From a virus (lineage: Duplodnaviria; Caudoviricetes), in the IMG/VR virus record IMGVR_UViG_3300003541_000003, positions 3,297 through 67,296 of that record: DNA of 64,000 bases. One strand, 5' to 3'. This document shows, in pieces, positions 34,123-43,600 of this stretch; within the stretch, counting starts at the first letter, position 1; every line of letters starts with the position of its first letter. The notes under the pieces were generated by a model. That model was given only the letters and a program-made list of their open reading frames with translations, was not told the DNA's origin and did no database searches. The translations under genes and the position numbers were made by a program.

Positions 34123-34533
34123 ATGAGTACAAAGCATAAAGAGTTTTCTGTGGAGATGCCTGAATCTGATGTAGTATTCTCGTTTGTAATCAATCGTCCT
34201 CTTGTAACCTGTGAGGTTAGCAGGATTGGAGCGAATTACAAATTGATGTCTTGGGGAGTATCCTACTGCCGACCAATGGATAGCTGGAATGCAGAGGTAG
34301 GCGTTAGATTATCAGCTATTTCGGCTGTCAAGAAATTGACTCCAGAGGGAGTTTCTCAGAAGTCCACAATTAAGTATGTTATAGAGCAACTTGAACCTGC
34401 TTTGACTGCTCTGCATGACGAGGCAGAATATGAGCGTAGGAAAGAGTTAGCCTATCTTCGAGCGTATTTCCGTGAGGAATGTGGAGATTGTTGTGATGTA
34501 AATAAGTGTGCTAATGAGGTACTTCGTTCATGA
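34123..34533 (+). CDS. Hypothetical phage protein
   Basis: AAAGGAG RBS. GVSYCRPMDSWNAEVG motif. Confidence 0.7.
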   Translation: MSTKHKEFSVEMPESDVVFSFVINRPLVTCEVSRIGANYKLMSWGVSYCRPMDSWNAEVGVRLSAISAVKKLTPEGVSQKSTIKYVIEQLEPALTALHDEAEYERRKELAYLRAYFREECGDCCDVNKCANEVLRS

Positions 34534-35348
34534 ACCTATCCATGTCCATCTATGACCATGCTATGCAGATAAAGCCGAGCGAGGCTGTAGTTGGATTGGT
34601 GAGCAATAAGAGGATGCCTCCATTGGTAATCTTGGCTGGAGGGCGTGGGACACGACTATTTGGTAGCCGTGCTCCCATGCCTAAGCCGTTAGTAAGAATT
34701 GGAGACAAGCCTATCCTGTGGCACATCATCTCACACTATGCCTCTTATGGCATAAATGAAATCATTATTGCGGCAGGATACAAAGCAAATATGATTCAAA
34801 AATGGGTAGATGAGGAAGATTTTTACCATGATGGACTTAGCGTCTATGTGGCTGATACTGGAGAAAATACCATGACCGGAGGTCGTCTCCGTAGACTTGA
34901 AAGTGTGGTTCAGGATGATTTCTTCCACCTAACCTATGGAGATGGTATCAGTAACGTAGATATAAGTAAGTTGGAGGCTACCTTTGCCCTTCATACTGAC
35001 TGTGAGGCTATAGTTACTGTGGTTCATCCCCCTGCACGTTTTGGGCATGTGGAGTTATGCGACCAGCAGGGTCATTTTGGAAAGATTGCTTGTTTCGATG
35101 AAAAGCCTACGCAGGTGGGTTGGATAAATGGTGGATTTATGATGTTCACCAGAGAAATCTTTAAGCATCTTCATGATGACGGAGATTATCTGGAGAGACA
35201 ACCTATTCAGGAATTGGTGCATGATGGAAAAGTAATGTCGTATGTTCATGAGGGTTTCTGGCAATGTATAGATACTCCTCGTGATGTTGAGTACATGAAT
35301 AAGTTGTTTCATGAATTGTCCTATAAGGAAGAAGGAGAAATAACATGA
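34530..35348 (+). CDS. rfbF: Glucose-1-phosphate cytidylyltransferase
   Basis: LAGGRGTRL, PKPLVRIGDKPILWHI, DTGENTMTGGRL, LTYGDG, INGGF, FWQCIDT. Confidence 0.9.
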   Translation: MNLSMSIYDHAMQIKPSEAVVGLVSNKRMPPLVILAGGRGTRLFGSRAPMPKPLVRIGDKPILWHIISHYASYGINEIIIAAGYKANMIQKWVDEEDFYHDGLSVYVADTGENTMTGGRLRRLESVVQDDFFHLTYGDGISNVDISKLEATFALHTDCEAIVTVVHPPARFGHVELCDQQGHFGKIACFDEKPTQVGWINGGFMMFTREIFKHLHDDGDYLERQPIQELVHDGKVMSYVHEGFWQCIDTPRDVEYMNKLFHELSYKEEGEIT

Positions 35349-36313
35349 ATTGGCAAGGCAAAAAAGTCCTAATAACTGGAGCAAGTGGGTTTCTTGGAAC
35401 ATGGTTGAGCTTATATCTCAACAAGATAGGTGCTGAACCTGTAGGACTATGGCATGACCCCACCTATCCTCGCAAGATGGAGATGATGGGTTGGGTACAC
35501 GCAGACCTCAGAGATTTCGATGACATTCATAGAATTATCGCTGAGGTAAAGCCTGACATCGTTTTCCATTTAGGAGCACAGGCACTACATGGTGTCGGAA
35601 TGAGAGCACCTCTTTATACCATCCAGACGAATGTTATGGGAACAACGAATGTCCTAGAAGCCTGTCGTCAGATTGGTGGAGTGGGAGCAATCGTGGTGTC
35701 TACCAGCGATAAGGCTTACGGGGAGCAACCAAAACTTCCTTACACAGAGTTAGCCTCCATGAATGGCAAAGCACCCTATGAAGTGTCCAAGAGTTGTGCT
35801 GACCTAATCTCTCAGGGGTATCGCAAGACGTTTGTGATGCCCATTTCGGTAATACGCTGTGGAAACATCTTCGGTGGTGGAGACTATAACTTCTCTCGTC
35901 TGATTCCCTACACCATTCGTCAATGCCTGAGGAATGAAACCATTGTCTTGCGGAGTGATGGCACTCTGCTCAGGGATTATGTGTATGTAGAGGACGTTGT
36001 GGATGCCTTCCTCAAAGTAGCGGAGTCTGTTCATGATATTCGCAACTCGGATAATGAGGATTTCAATGTAAGTTACAACAAGCCTCAGACTGTGGAACAG
36101 GTTGTAGTTGGTATTACTGACCTCATGGACTGCTCCGATATTGAGATTAAGACTCAGACAGACCCTAGCCGCTTCTCTGCTGAAATCCCTGAACAATGGT
36201 TGGATAGTACAAAAATTCAGAAAAAACTCGGCTGGCAACCCATTATCGGGTATGATGAGGGTATGCAAAGAACGATTGGCTGGTATAATAAATACGTTGG
36301 AGGTAGCAAATGA
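35345..36313 (+). CDS. rfbG: CDP-glucose 4,6-dehydratase
   Basis: WQGKKVLITGASGFLG, TSDKAY, PYEVSK, RCGNIFGGGD. Confidence 0.88.
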   Translation: MNWQGKKVLITGASGFLGTWLSLYLNKIGAEPVGLWHDPTYPRKMEMMGWVHADLRDFDDIHRIIAEVKPDIVFHLGAQALHGVGMRAPLYTIQTNVMGTTNVLEACRQIGGVGAIVVSTSDKAYGEQPKLPYTELASMNGKAPYEVSKSCADLISQGYRKTFVMPISVIRCGNIFGGGDYNFSRLIPYTIRQCLRNETIVLRSDGTLLRDYVYVEDVVDAFLKVAESVHDIRNSDNEDFNVSYNKPQTVEQVVVGITDLMDCSDIEIKTQTDPSRFSAEIPEQWLDSTKIQKKLGWQPIIGYDEGMQRTIGWYNKYVGGSK

Positions 36314-36762
36314 TTGATGGAGTTAAAGTCATACAACTGGAAAAAGTGCCCGATGAGCGTGGATATGTAAGCCACATGCTCCGTGCAGACAGCCCGAATT
36401 TCAATGGGTTTGGAGAGATTTACTTTTCTGCAATCTACCCAGGGGCGATAAAGGCGTGGCATCTTCATAGAGTTATGGAGCTAAACTATGCCTGTATCTC
36501 TGGAATGATTAAGTTGGTGTTGTATGACAATCGAGAGGAATCTTCTACATATAAAGAGCAGATGGAATTATTTATTGGAGACCTGAATTACTGCCTTGTA
36601 AAGATTCCTCCGATGGTCTGGAACGGCTTTAAGGGCGTTAGTCAATTCACTTCTATTGTAGCGAATTGTGCTACTCATCCTCACACGATGGAAGAATTAG
36701 TCAGGTCTGACCCTCGTTCTGGTTTTCCCGTAGAATATAATTGGGATAGAAAAGATGGCTAA
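36310..36762 (+). CDS. rmlC: RmlC-like NDP-4-keto-6-deoxyhexose epimerase (cupin)
   Basis: DERGY, KAWHLH, VLYDNREES.T, IPPMVWNGF. Confidence 0.82.
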   Translation: MIDGVKVIQLEKVPDERGYVSHMLRADSPNFNGFGEIYFSAIYPGAIKAWHLHRVMELNYACISGMIKLVLYDNREESSTYKEQMELFIGDLNYCLVKIPPMVWNGFKGVSQFTSIVANCATHPHTMEELVRSDPRSGFPVEYNWDRKDG

Positions 36763-36782
36763 TTCTTTTGTGGAGGTAATTC

Positions 36783-39146
36783 ATGGCAAAAAGACCACGT
36801 AACTTGGAACAGACAAAGCAACCTGGGCAGATAAGTTTACAAGAACCAGCGTATTTATATAGGCTTGTGCCCCAATGGAGTATTCCCTCTTGGGCTGAGG
36901 CATCCGCATGGAGACGTTTTGTTCGCTACCAGCCCATTGCTATCGTCTGTCGTGAGACGCTTATTGCAAACCTTTTGGCTCTTGATTGGTTGATTGAGCC
37001 TAGAGAAAGCACGATGAGAGATGAGCTAAAAGCGGATATTAATTATTACACCAAGTTATTCAATGATTTTAGTGGTCTTGATTATGCCGGACACCTCTCT
37101 TGGTTATGTACAGACATTCTGGACTTACCCTTCGGTGGAGCGTCTGAGATAGGACGCATGGGAGATACTCCCGATGGAAAAGTAGCATGGGTAGAAAACC
37201 TCGATGCTGGTACGCTATTCCCTACTCTTAATGCAGACTTTCCTATTGGTCAGCGTATTCCAGATTCTCCTCAGGATGTAGTGTATTTCCCTGAGTATGC
37301 AATTGACCGTGTGTATATGTCTCCTCGGTCTGATATTAGGCGTAAAGGATGGGGGATGCCACCGCCTGAGAAGATTTATCTGGCAGTTGATATGCTCAGT
37401 CGTGGAGATAAGTATTATGCAAACCTCCTTCTGGATACACCAGAGGCAGGGATTTTAGATTTGGGAGATATGTCTAAGGCAAGCGCAGAGGATTGGGTTG
37501 GCAGTTTCAAGGCTATGTTGGCTGGTGTTGACCCCCTGAAAATTCCTGTGCTTTATGAACACGAGAACAAGATTGAGTTTATTCCCTTTGGTCAGCCCCC
37601 TTCAAAGATTATGTATGATGAGATTACCATGCGCTATGCGGCTATCGTATGCGCTGGATATGGCATGACCCTTGGAGACATCGGCATGTCGAGTGCAGGT
37701 GGTGGGGGTGGAGACACTCTCGCTGGCACAATCAGAAGTGAGCGCAAGACAAAGCGTACCGGACTTGCTGTCCTGAAATCAATGGTAAGAACGTACTTCA
37801 ATCGCATTCTTCCAGAGGATTTGCAGTTCAAGTTTGTGGATATTGACGATGAAGTAAATGTGAATCTTGGTCGTGCTAGATTGTCCTCAGCCAATGCGTT
37901 TGCCTCCATGATAGCGGCTGGTGTTATGACAGAGGAAGAAGTCAGAGCGCAATGGATTGCTGATGGTCTGGTATCCATTCCGATTTCGGAGAATATCCCA
38001 CCGGAGGCTCAGGCTAAGATTGACCAGAAAACTGCTCTGGCTGATGCAAAGACGAAACGTAATCCTGACACCTCTGATGTGGTTGGAGACCCCGTTGCTC
38101 CTGATAAGGGTGGGTGGGGAGACGTAAAACAGAATCAGGCTAGGATAGATGACCCTCAGCTTTTGGGTAATCTCGATATGGCATTCAAGGCTAGTTTCGA
38201 TAAGATGATGTCAAAGGATTTAGAAACACGCCTTACTCGTCTTGTGTGGAAAGCCGCAAAACTCTTTTATCCACAGGCAAGCGTAGTCGCTAAGTCTCTG
38301 ACACGAGAAGAAGTGCATGAATGGAATCTGTGGTTTGATGAAACCCTATTTGGGATGAGTAAACTTGAAGCTCCAGAGGTAGTAAAGAAAGCCCTCAATG
38401 ATTACATGGATGAGATGGATGCTGAGTTGGAGGAGGATGATTGGTGGGAGCTTGACCTTCCGGTTGGTACGTTAGTGGCGTTGTTCTCTCTGGCATATCT
38501 CTCTGGTATGAGATACTCTGCCTCAGATATGGCTCGTCAGTTATATATTCGTGGATTATTGGATTACCCTAACCTGACAAAGCCTTTCTCCATTGAGAAT
38601 AATCAGAGTATTATGGAAAAGCTCACTAAGATGGCTGAAACTTCCTTGTCTCAAATAAACAATGGAACAAAATATTATGTCAATCGCATTGTACTTTCTA
38701 AGGTTAAGGAAGCCTTTACCTCTGAGGAAGTGCTTTCAAGAATTGTTGATGGAGCTACCGTTGAAGATATATTGTCAGATGTAATGTTTACAAAGGCATT
38801 GGTCTCTGATATACTGGATGAAATCGGACTCACGATGCAGTCTCGTTTGGAAACCATCTCAGAGTTTGAGTTGGATAGAATAACAAACGAGGCTATCGTG
38901 GATGAGTATAGTAAGGTTGGTCTCTCTACAAAGTCGTGGGAATGCTATGGAAAGAATCCTTGTGAGGATTGCCTAGCAAACAGAGCGGCTGGTTACGTTC
39001 CTCTTAGCTTTGTCTATCAAAGTCCGATGGGAGGAGTGCTTAGACCAATAGCTCATCCACATTGCGAGTGTGGAATCCGATTCAATGATTCTGAGCTTGC
39101 GGCTCTTGCAGAGGAAGGTAATTTTGAAATCTGGTATGGTGAATAG
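36783..39146 (+). CDS. Portal protein with C-terminal MuF/gp7-like minor head domain
   Basis: Position after terL; portal-like N-terminal ~430 aa. C-terminal KSW..C.DC..N..PIAHPHCEC is typical of MuF ends. Confidence 0.75.
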   Translation: MAKRPRNLEQTKQPGQISLQEPAYLYRLVPQWSIPSWAEASAWRRFVRYQPIAIVCRETLIANLLALDWLIEPRESTMRDELKADINYYTKLFNDFSGLDYAGHLSWLCTDILDLPFGGASEIGRMGDTPDGKVAWVENLDAGTLFPTLNADFPIGQRIPDSPQDVVYFPEYAIDRVYMSPRSDIRRKGWGMPPPEKIYLAVDMLSRGDKYYANLLLDTPEAGILDLGDMSKASAEDWVGSFKAMLAGVDPLKIPVLYEHENKIEFIPFGQPPSKIMYDEITMRYAAIVCAGYGMTLGDIGMSSAGGGGGDTLAGTIRSERKTKRTGLAVLKSMVRTYFNRILPEDLQFKFVDIDDEVNVNLGRARLSSANAFASMIAAGVMTEEEVRAQWIADGLVSIPISENIPPEAQAKIDQKTALADAKTKRNPDTSDVVGDPVAPDKGGWGDVKQNQARIDDPQLLGNLDMAFKASFDKMMSKDLETRLTRLVWKAAKLFYPQASVVAKSLTREEVHEWNLWFDETLFGMSKLEAPEVVKKALNDYMDEMDAELEEDDWWELDLPVGTLVALFSLAYLSGMRYSASDMARQLYIRGLLDYPNLTKPFSIENNQSIMEKLTKMAETSLSQINNGTKYYVNRIVLSKVKEAFTSEEVLSRIVDGATVEDILSDVMFTKALVSDILDEIGLTMQSRLETISEFELDRITNEAIVDEYSKVGLSTKSWECYGKNPCEDCLANRAAGYVPLSFVYQSPMGGVLRPIAHPHCECGIRFNDSELAALAEEGNFEIWYGE

Positions 39147-39155
39147 GAGGATAAC

Positions 39156-39401
39156 ATGATTGGAATAACTGGTAAGTCAAAATCTACAGAAGAAGGGAGA
39201 ACAGAGATGGAAGGAAAAGAACTTAAAATCGTGATTCGTACTATCGCACAGAATCCACAGCCCGAAATTGGGGCATTCAGCGTGGAGCAGGTTGAGTCCT
39301 ACATCGGGATGTTCCTTAATGATGGTTGGAAACTGTTTGCTACCAACTACATCGGGCAAGCCCCAGAAGGATACATCTACTCATGGCAGTTGGTTCGCTA
39401 A
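39156..39401 (+). CDS. Hypothetical protein
   Basis: GGAGG RBS. Confidence 0.65.
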   Translation: MIGITGKSKSTEEGRTEMEGKELKIVIRTIAQNPQPEIGAFSVEQVESYIGMFLNDGWKLFATNYIGQAPEGYIYSWQLVR

Positions 39402-39706
39402 GTTTTATTGATTGGGTAGTATTCGCTGTTGTAGGGAGGCTTTTATTATTCTTGTTTATGAAAGCCCCCTACAGCAAGTGGGTCATGAAGATACATCCGT
39501 TCTTCGAGGATTTACTATCGTGTACGCTGTGTTCTGGTTTCTGGATGTATTTTATCTTGGCTTTTTTTATTGACGGAAATGTGATAAACTTTATCCAAAT
39601 ACCCGTATTAAGAGAAATTATAATAGGAGCAATAACAACTTTCGTAGTTTGGCTGGTTGAGGCTGGCTGGAACGAGAAATTTCAAAACTTGGTTATTGGA
39701 GGGTAG
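39383..39706 (+). CDS. DUF1360-like membrane protein
   Basis: Three hydrophobic segments and LLSCTLCSGFW. Confidence 0.6.
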   Translation: MAVGSLSFIDWVVFAVVGRLLLFLFMKAPYSKWVMKIHPFFEDLLSCTLCSGFWMYFILAFFIDGNVINFIQIPVLREIIIGAITTFVVWLVEAGWNEKFQNLVIGG

Positions 39707-39709
39707 TCT

Positions 39710-41512
39710 ATGCCGATTACAAAAGAAAAAGCTCCCAGCACGTTGCCCGATTCTGCAAAAGATTTATTTGTAGGAGCGTGGAATGGCGCATACGAAGGTA
39801 CATGCAAAGAGTCTGAAAGTCAGGATGAGCGTGATGCGTGTGCCAGCAAGATTGCGTGGTCTGCTGTGAAGAATAAGTATGCTAAAGGCGAAGATGGCAC
39901 ATGGCATGCCAAGGCAGACATTCTGAATGAGTTTTCTTTTGTTATCACGAAAGCAAGTATAGATAAATCCTCCGGTCAGATGCGCTGGATGGCAGTTGCC
40001 TCAGACACGGATGAAGATAGTTATAAGCAACGCATGTCCTTGGAACTGTTCAGCGATTTCATCACAAGAGCACAGCAGGATGTTGATGCACCAGTAGAGT
40101 TTCGGTCAGAATACTGGAAGGGTGGAATGCCCTACCTCTCTGTAAGCCACTACGATGATTTTAATGGTATGGGTTCTGCTGGAGAGACGGTCAATATTTA
40201 TATTGATGGAAACCGTCTAAAAGCAAAGGGGATTTGTTATGATACTCCTCTAGGTAGAGCGGCGTTCAATGCCATCAAGGAATCGCTTGACAATCCTAAT
40301 GAAGATAATAAGGTTCGCATTTCTATTGGGTTCTTGGATTGGAAACACACTCATAATGGTGTAACTTTTGAGCGCAAAAGCATTTATGATATATGTCCTG
40401 CATGTCGTAAAAGTAAAGAAAATGTGGTATTCTTAAGAGGGCAGTTGATTCATCTTGCTCTCACCAGAGTGCCTGTAAATCAGCGCACTACTATTGAAGC
40501 GGAGGTAACAAAGTCTATGACAACTAGGAAAGAGGATGCTGAATCCATTGTTGGTGCAGAAGAAGCCGAAAAGCTGGAAGAACTTTCTGTTGCAATGGTT
40601 GGCAAAAGCGAGGCTCTGGTGATTAAGGCAGATAGCCCCAATGAGCCAAATGACCCCCAAGAAGCTAATGATTTGATGGTAGATGGAAATGGTGCTCATA
40701 CCGGAACATCTACTGAGGATGTGCCAAATCCTGACACATCGGAGCAGGTAGACCGACCTAAGCAGGGTGAAGTTGCAAAGTCTGATGGAGAGGTTGCTTA
40801 TTCCTTGCCGTATGGTGGAGCTACTTCATTTGCAGAGGTAGAGGCATGGATGTCTGCTCAGGACAAACTGTACAAGGCGTATGACACTTGGTACACCTTT
40901 GAGACTTTAGCCTCAAATATTATGGGCAAAGAGGACATCGAGGACAAGCCGAAAGCGTTGGCTCAGCTTATGGCTGAGTGCAAGGACAAGCTCGAAACTA
41001 AGTCCTTTGCCATTATGGAAAAAATCGAAAAGGCTATGTTGGAAGGCGAGTCCTTCGTAACTAAGTCTGAGACACATCCTCTGGACGAGGCGTTTGCTCA
41101 GATGAAATCTGCCTTCGATAACACGGTGTCAAGTGAGATGCCGGATGAGGAAAAACTAATGGCTCTACAGCCAGCGTTGGACAATCTGGGAAATGTTCTG
41201 AGGGAATCAGTTAAGGCGCAAGCCGTTGTTACCGCAGACGAACCAGTACCGAGTATGGGTGTAGATGCCACTCAGTTGAAGGCAATCGTGGAAGATGTTA
41301 TTGCTCCGATTGCTGAAAAAGTGAATATACTTATGCAAGCGCAGTCAGCACAGGCTGGTCGGACAGTTGCCCCCCGCCAGGAAACCGTCCCTCAACGTAG
41401 GGGTCTCCCTGCTCAGTCTCCCCTGATTGCTAAAGCGTCCACAAGCGAGACTCCGAAGTTACACGAAATTGTGCTCCGGTCAGTCGGTCTTGGTGGAACA
41501 GAAAGACTGTAA
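39710..41512 (+). CDS. ChaB domain + HK97-type prohead protease + scaffold
   Basis: N-terminal LPDSAKDLF..AWNGAY..KIAWSAVKNKYAKGEDGTW (ChaB); SHY and ISIGF protease motifs; acidic helical C-terminus. Confidence 0.8.
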   Translation: MPITKEKAPSTLPDSAKDLFVGAWNGAYEGTCKESESQDERDACASKIAWSAVKNKYAKGEDGTWHAKADILNEFSFVITKASIDKSSGQMRWMAVASDTDEDSYKQRMSLELFSDFITRAQQDVDAPVEFRSEYWKGGMPYLSVSHYDDFNGMGSAGETVNIYIDGNRLKAKGICYDTPLGRAAFNAIKESLDNPNEDNKVRISIGFLDWKHTHNGVTFERKSIYDICPACRKSKENVVFLRGQLIHLALTRVPVNQRTTIEAEVTKSMTTRKEDAESIVGAEEAEKLEELSVAMVGKSEALVIKADSPNEPNDPQEANDLMVDGNGAHTGTSTEDVPNPDTSEQVDRPKQGEVAKSDGEVAYSLPYGGATSFAEVEAWMSAQDKLYKAYDTWYTFETLASNIMGKEDIEDKPKALAQLMAECKDKLETKSFAIMEKIEKAMLEGESFVTKSETHPLDEAFAQMKSAFDNTVSSEMPDEEKLMALQPALDNLGNVLRESVKAQAVVTADEPVPSMGVDATQLKAIVEDVIAPIAEKVNILMQAQSAQAGRTVAPRQETVPQRRGLPAQSPLIAKASTSETPKLHEIVLRSVGLGGTERL

Positions 41513-41559
41513 GCTGGTTAAGCCTAAAGCGTCAGCGAAACTACTTATTTTAGGAGGTT

Positions 41560-42717
41560 ATGATGGGTGAACCAGTTTTGGATATTGTGAATGGTGGGGC
41601 GTTTGTTCAAAAACAGACTGACCCTGTGATTAGTCCTACTTATGCGTTGCCTGTAGACTATGCGGCTCAGTACCCTGTGCCGTTGGACACCACCGAAATT
41701 ATCGCCATGTGCGAGGAAATTACTGCGTGGAAACGTCTGCCGGAAAAGAAAACTGCATTGAAGCAGGAGTTGTGGCGTGAGTTGAATGAGCTTGCTTTTA
41801 CTAGCGGTTCAAACTATATCGCCTTTGCCGATGGTGTGTGTCCTGAGGAATATTATCACGATGGTGATAATGCTTACGTCAACCTCAAAAACATCGGTGC
41901 TAAGAAATCCCTTGGTATTTCCGATATTATGCAGTCAGCCGCAGTTGCCGCCGCAAATTGGAATGGGATTAATGAACTGGTTGGTGGAGATGCTTCTGGA
42001 GAAGGTGTCCCTGGTGCGTTTAACGCAGGGACTTTCGCTCGTGAGCGTGTCGCTGACCTGAAAGAAAAAGAAGTCCGCTTGGGGATGACCCTTGTGATGA
42101 ATGGTTGGGATAGACTGCTTGTGGAAGGTGATGCCACGACTCGTCCGTTGGAATTTGACGGTATCGAGAATTACTTTGCTAACCGCTCCTGCACAGCCCA
42201 TACCAACTCCAACACCGCATCCGGTACGTTCTCTGCCGCTTCCTTTGACCGCTTCCTGACTGAAAGCTGTGCGAAGCCTACTGCTCTCTTTGGTAATCCT
42301 CAGGTGATGCAGGAGCTTTTAGCGGCTTACTTCCAGTTGGGTGCGGCTGGTTCGCAGGTGATTAACTACAATGACGGAAATCGAATCACCCCTGGCTTTA
42401 ACTTCGCCAGCTTTGTCAACACCGCCATTGGTCGCCTCGAAATTGTTGCAGATTCAAACTTCAATCTGCTCAACGCTGGTGGTGGAGCTATTCAGGGAGC
42501 GATTTATGCCCTGCGTATGTCCCACAACGGTGAACCTCTGGTGTATAAGATTACCCAGATTCCGTTAGCGTTGAAAGACCTGACCCCTGGTTGTACTGAA
42601 ATCGCCTTTGAAATTTGGGCTAAGACTGCGCTTGTTATCAAGCATTGTTGCGCTCATGGCGTGTACACGACTCAGGTTACTGGTCGTATCGCTTCCACTT
42701 GCCCCGTTATTGGGTAA
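41560..42717 (+). CDS. Major capsid protein
   Basis: 385 aa after protease/scaffold. Strong GGAGG RBS, high-expression codon bias, LEFDGI motif. Confidence 0.85.
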   Translation: MMGEPVLDIVNGGAFVQKQTDPVISPTYALPVDYAAQYPVPLDTTEIIAMCEEITAWKRLPEKKTALKQELWRELNELAFTSGSNYIAFADGVCPEEYYHDGDNAYVNLKNIGAKKSLGISDIMQSAAVAAANWNGINELVGGDASGEGVPGAFNAGTFARERVADLKEKEVRLGMTLVMNGWDRLLVEGDATTRPLEFDGIENYFANRSCTAHTNSNTASGTFSAASFDRFLTESCAKPTALFGNPQVMQELLAAYFQLGAAGSQVINYNDGNRITPGFNFASFVNTAIGRLEIVADSNFNLLNAGGGAIQGAIYALRMSHNGEPLVYKITQIPLALKDLTPGCTEIAFEIWAKTALVIKHCCAHGVYTTQVTGRIASTCPVIG

Positions 42718-42730
42718 GATTTAGAATGAA

Positions 42731-42755
42731 GGGGGAGAGCCTAAAAACTCTCCCC
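42731..42755 (+). terminator. GC-rich hairpin after the capsid gene (partial terminator or stabiliser)
   Basis: GGGGAGAG-8nt-CTCTCCCC; no long U run. Confidence 0.55.
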
Positions 42756-42783
42756 TATCTCATAATAAAGAAAGGACGGAAAT

Positions 42784-43032
42784 ATGAGTACAGATAAGTT
42801 TAATGTAGAACCGAAAGCAACCAGTAATTTCTACTTAGCGGCGGCGTTTCTGGCAACGGGAGCGGAGCTTGAAGATGTAGATAGAACAGACCCGAAGCAT
42901 ATTCGGTTTTTGTTTATAGGTACTGGTCTGACCGAGACTGAGAAAGCGTGGGACGCTAAAACTCTGACGGTCAATGCTCGTGAGTATGCAGATTCTATCC
43001 GTGAAATCAAACTTAAAATTCATCAGGAATAA
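42784..43032 (+). CDS. DUF5659-like protein
   Basis: TSNFYLAAAFLATG..IRFLF. Confidence 0.65.
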   Translation: MSTDKFNVEPKATSNFYLAAAFLATGAELEDVDRTDPKHIRFLFIGTGLTETEKAWDAKTLTVNAREYADSIREIKLKIHQE

Positions 43033-43034
43033 CG

Positions 43035-43280
43035 ATGATTAAGAATGATTCTGGTCAGGTCGCAATTGCCTACTATCAACCCAGCCCCAAGATGATTACC
43101 ATTGGAAATAAAGGCATTGTTTTTGTTGCTCAACATGCCGTATCTATGGCATGGGTAGATGAGGCAGATGTGCCACAGGTACTTGCAATTACCAAGTCAT
43201 GCTGTGGAGGAAATATTCATCCAGCTTTTCGCTATGCCACAGAAGGTCAAGTGAGAGTCTGGACAACTGGTGATAGGTGA
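43035..43280 (+). CDS. Small protein with CCGG motif (putative virion protein)
   Basis: VPQVLAITKSCCGG..F; resembles the C-terminus of 52128-52460. Confidence 0.65.
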   Translation: MIKNDSGQVAIAYYQPSPKMITIGNKGIVFVAQHAVSMAWVDEADVPQVLAITKSCCGGNIHPAFRYATEGQVRVWTTGDR

Positions 43281-43293
43281 AAGGAGACTTACA

Positions 43294-43575
43294 ATGTTAA
43301 TTGATTTTGCTACTTTAGCGGCTCAGGGTGCTCCTCTGGTTCTATTCGTTATCGCTCTAACTGAGTGGGTTAAACGAATGGGCGTTTCTGGAGAAGCGGC
43401 TCTCAATGGAATCGCAATGGTTATTGGTCTGATTTTGGGGGTTGGATATAAATTCAGCGTTTTGCCCCCCGTAACCTTTGCTGATTGGTTTGCGGCAGTC
43501 ATCTTCGGATTGATTCTCGGACTGTCCTCAATTGGTCTGTATAAATCTGGTGAGAGTATCGTAGCACGACTTTAA
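43294..43575 (+). CDS. Holin (three TM)
   Basis: VIALTEWVKRMG..IAMVIGLILG..FGLILGLSSIGLY; AAAGGAG RBS. Confidence 0.75.
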   Translation: MLIDFATLAAQGAPLVLFVIALTEWVKRMGVSGEAALNGIAMVIGLILGVGYKFSVLPPVTFADWFAAVIFGLILGLSSIGLYKSGESIVARL

Positions 43576-43600
43576 GACTATGAAGGGAGAATAAGATAAT

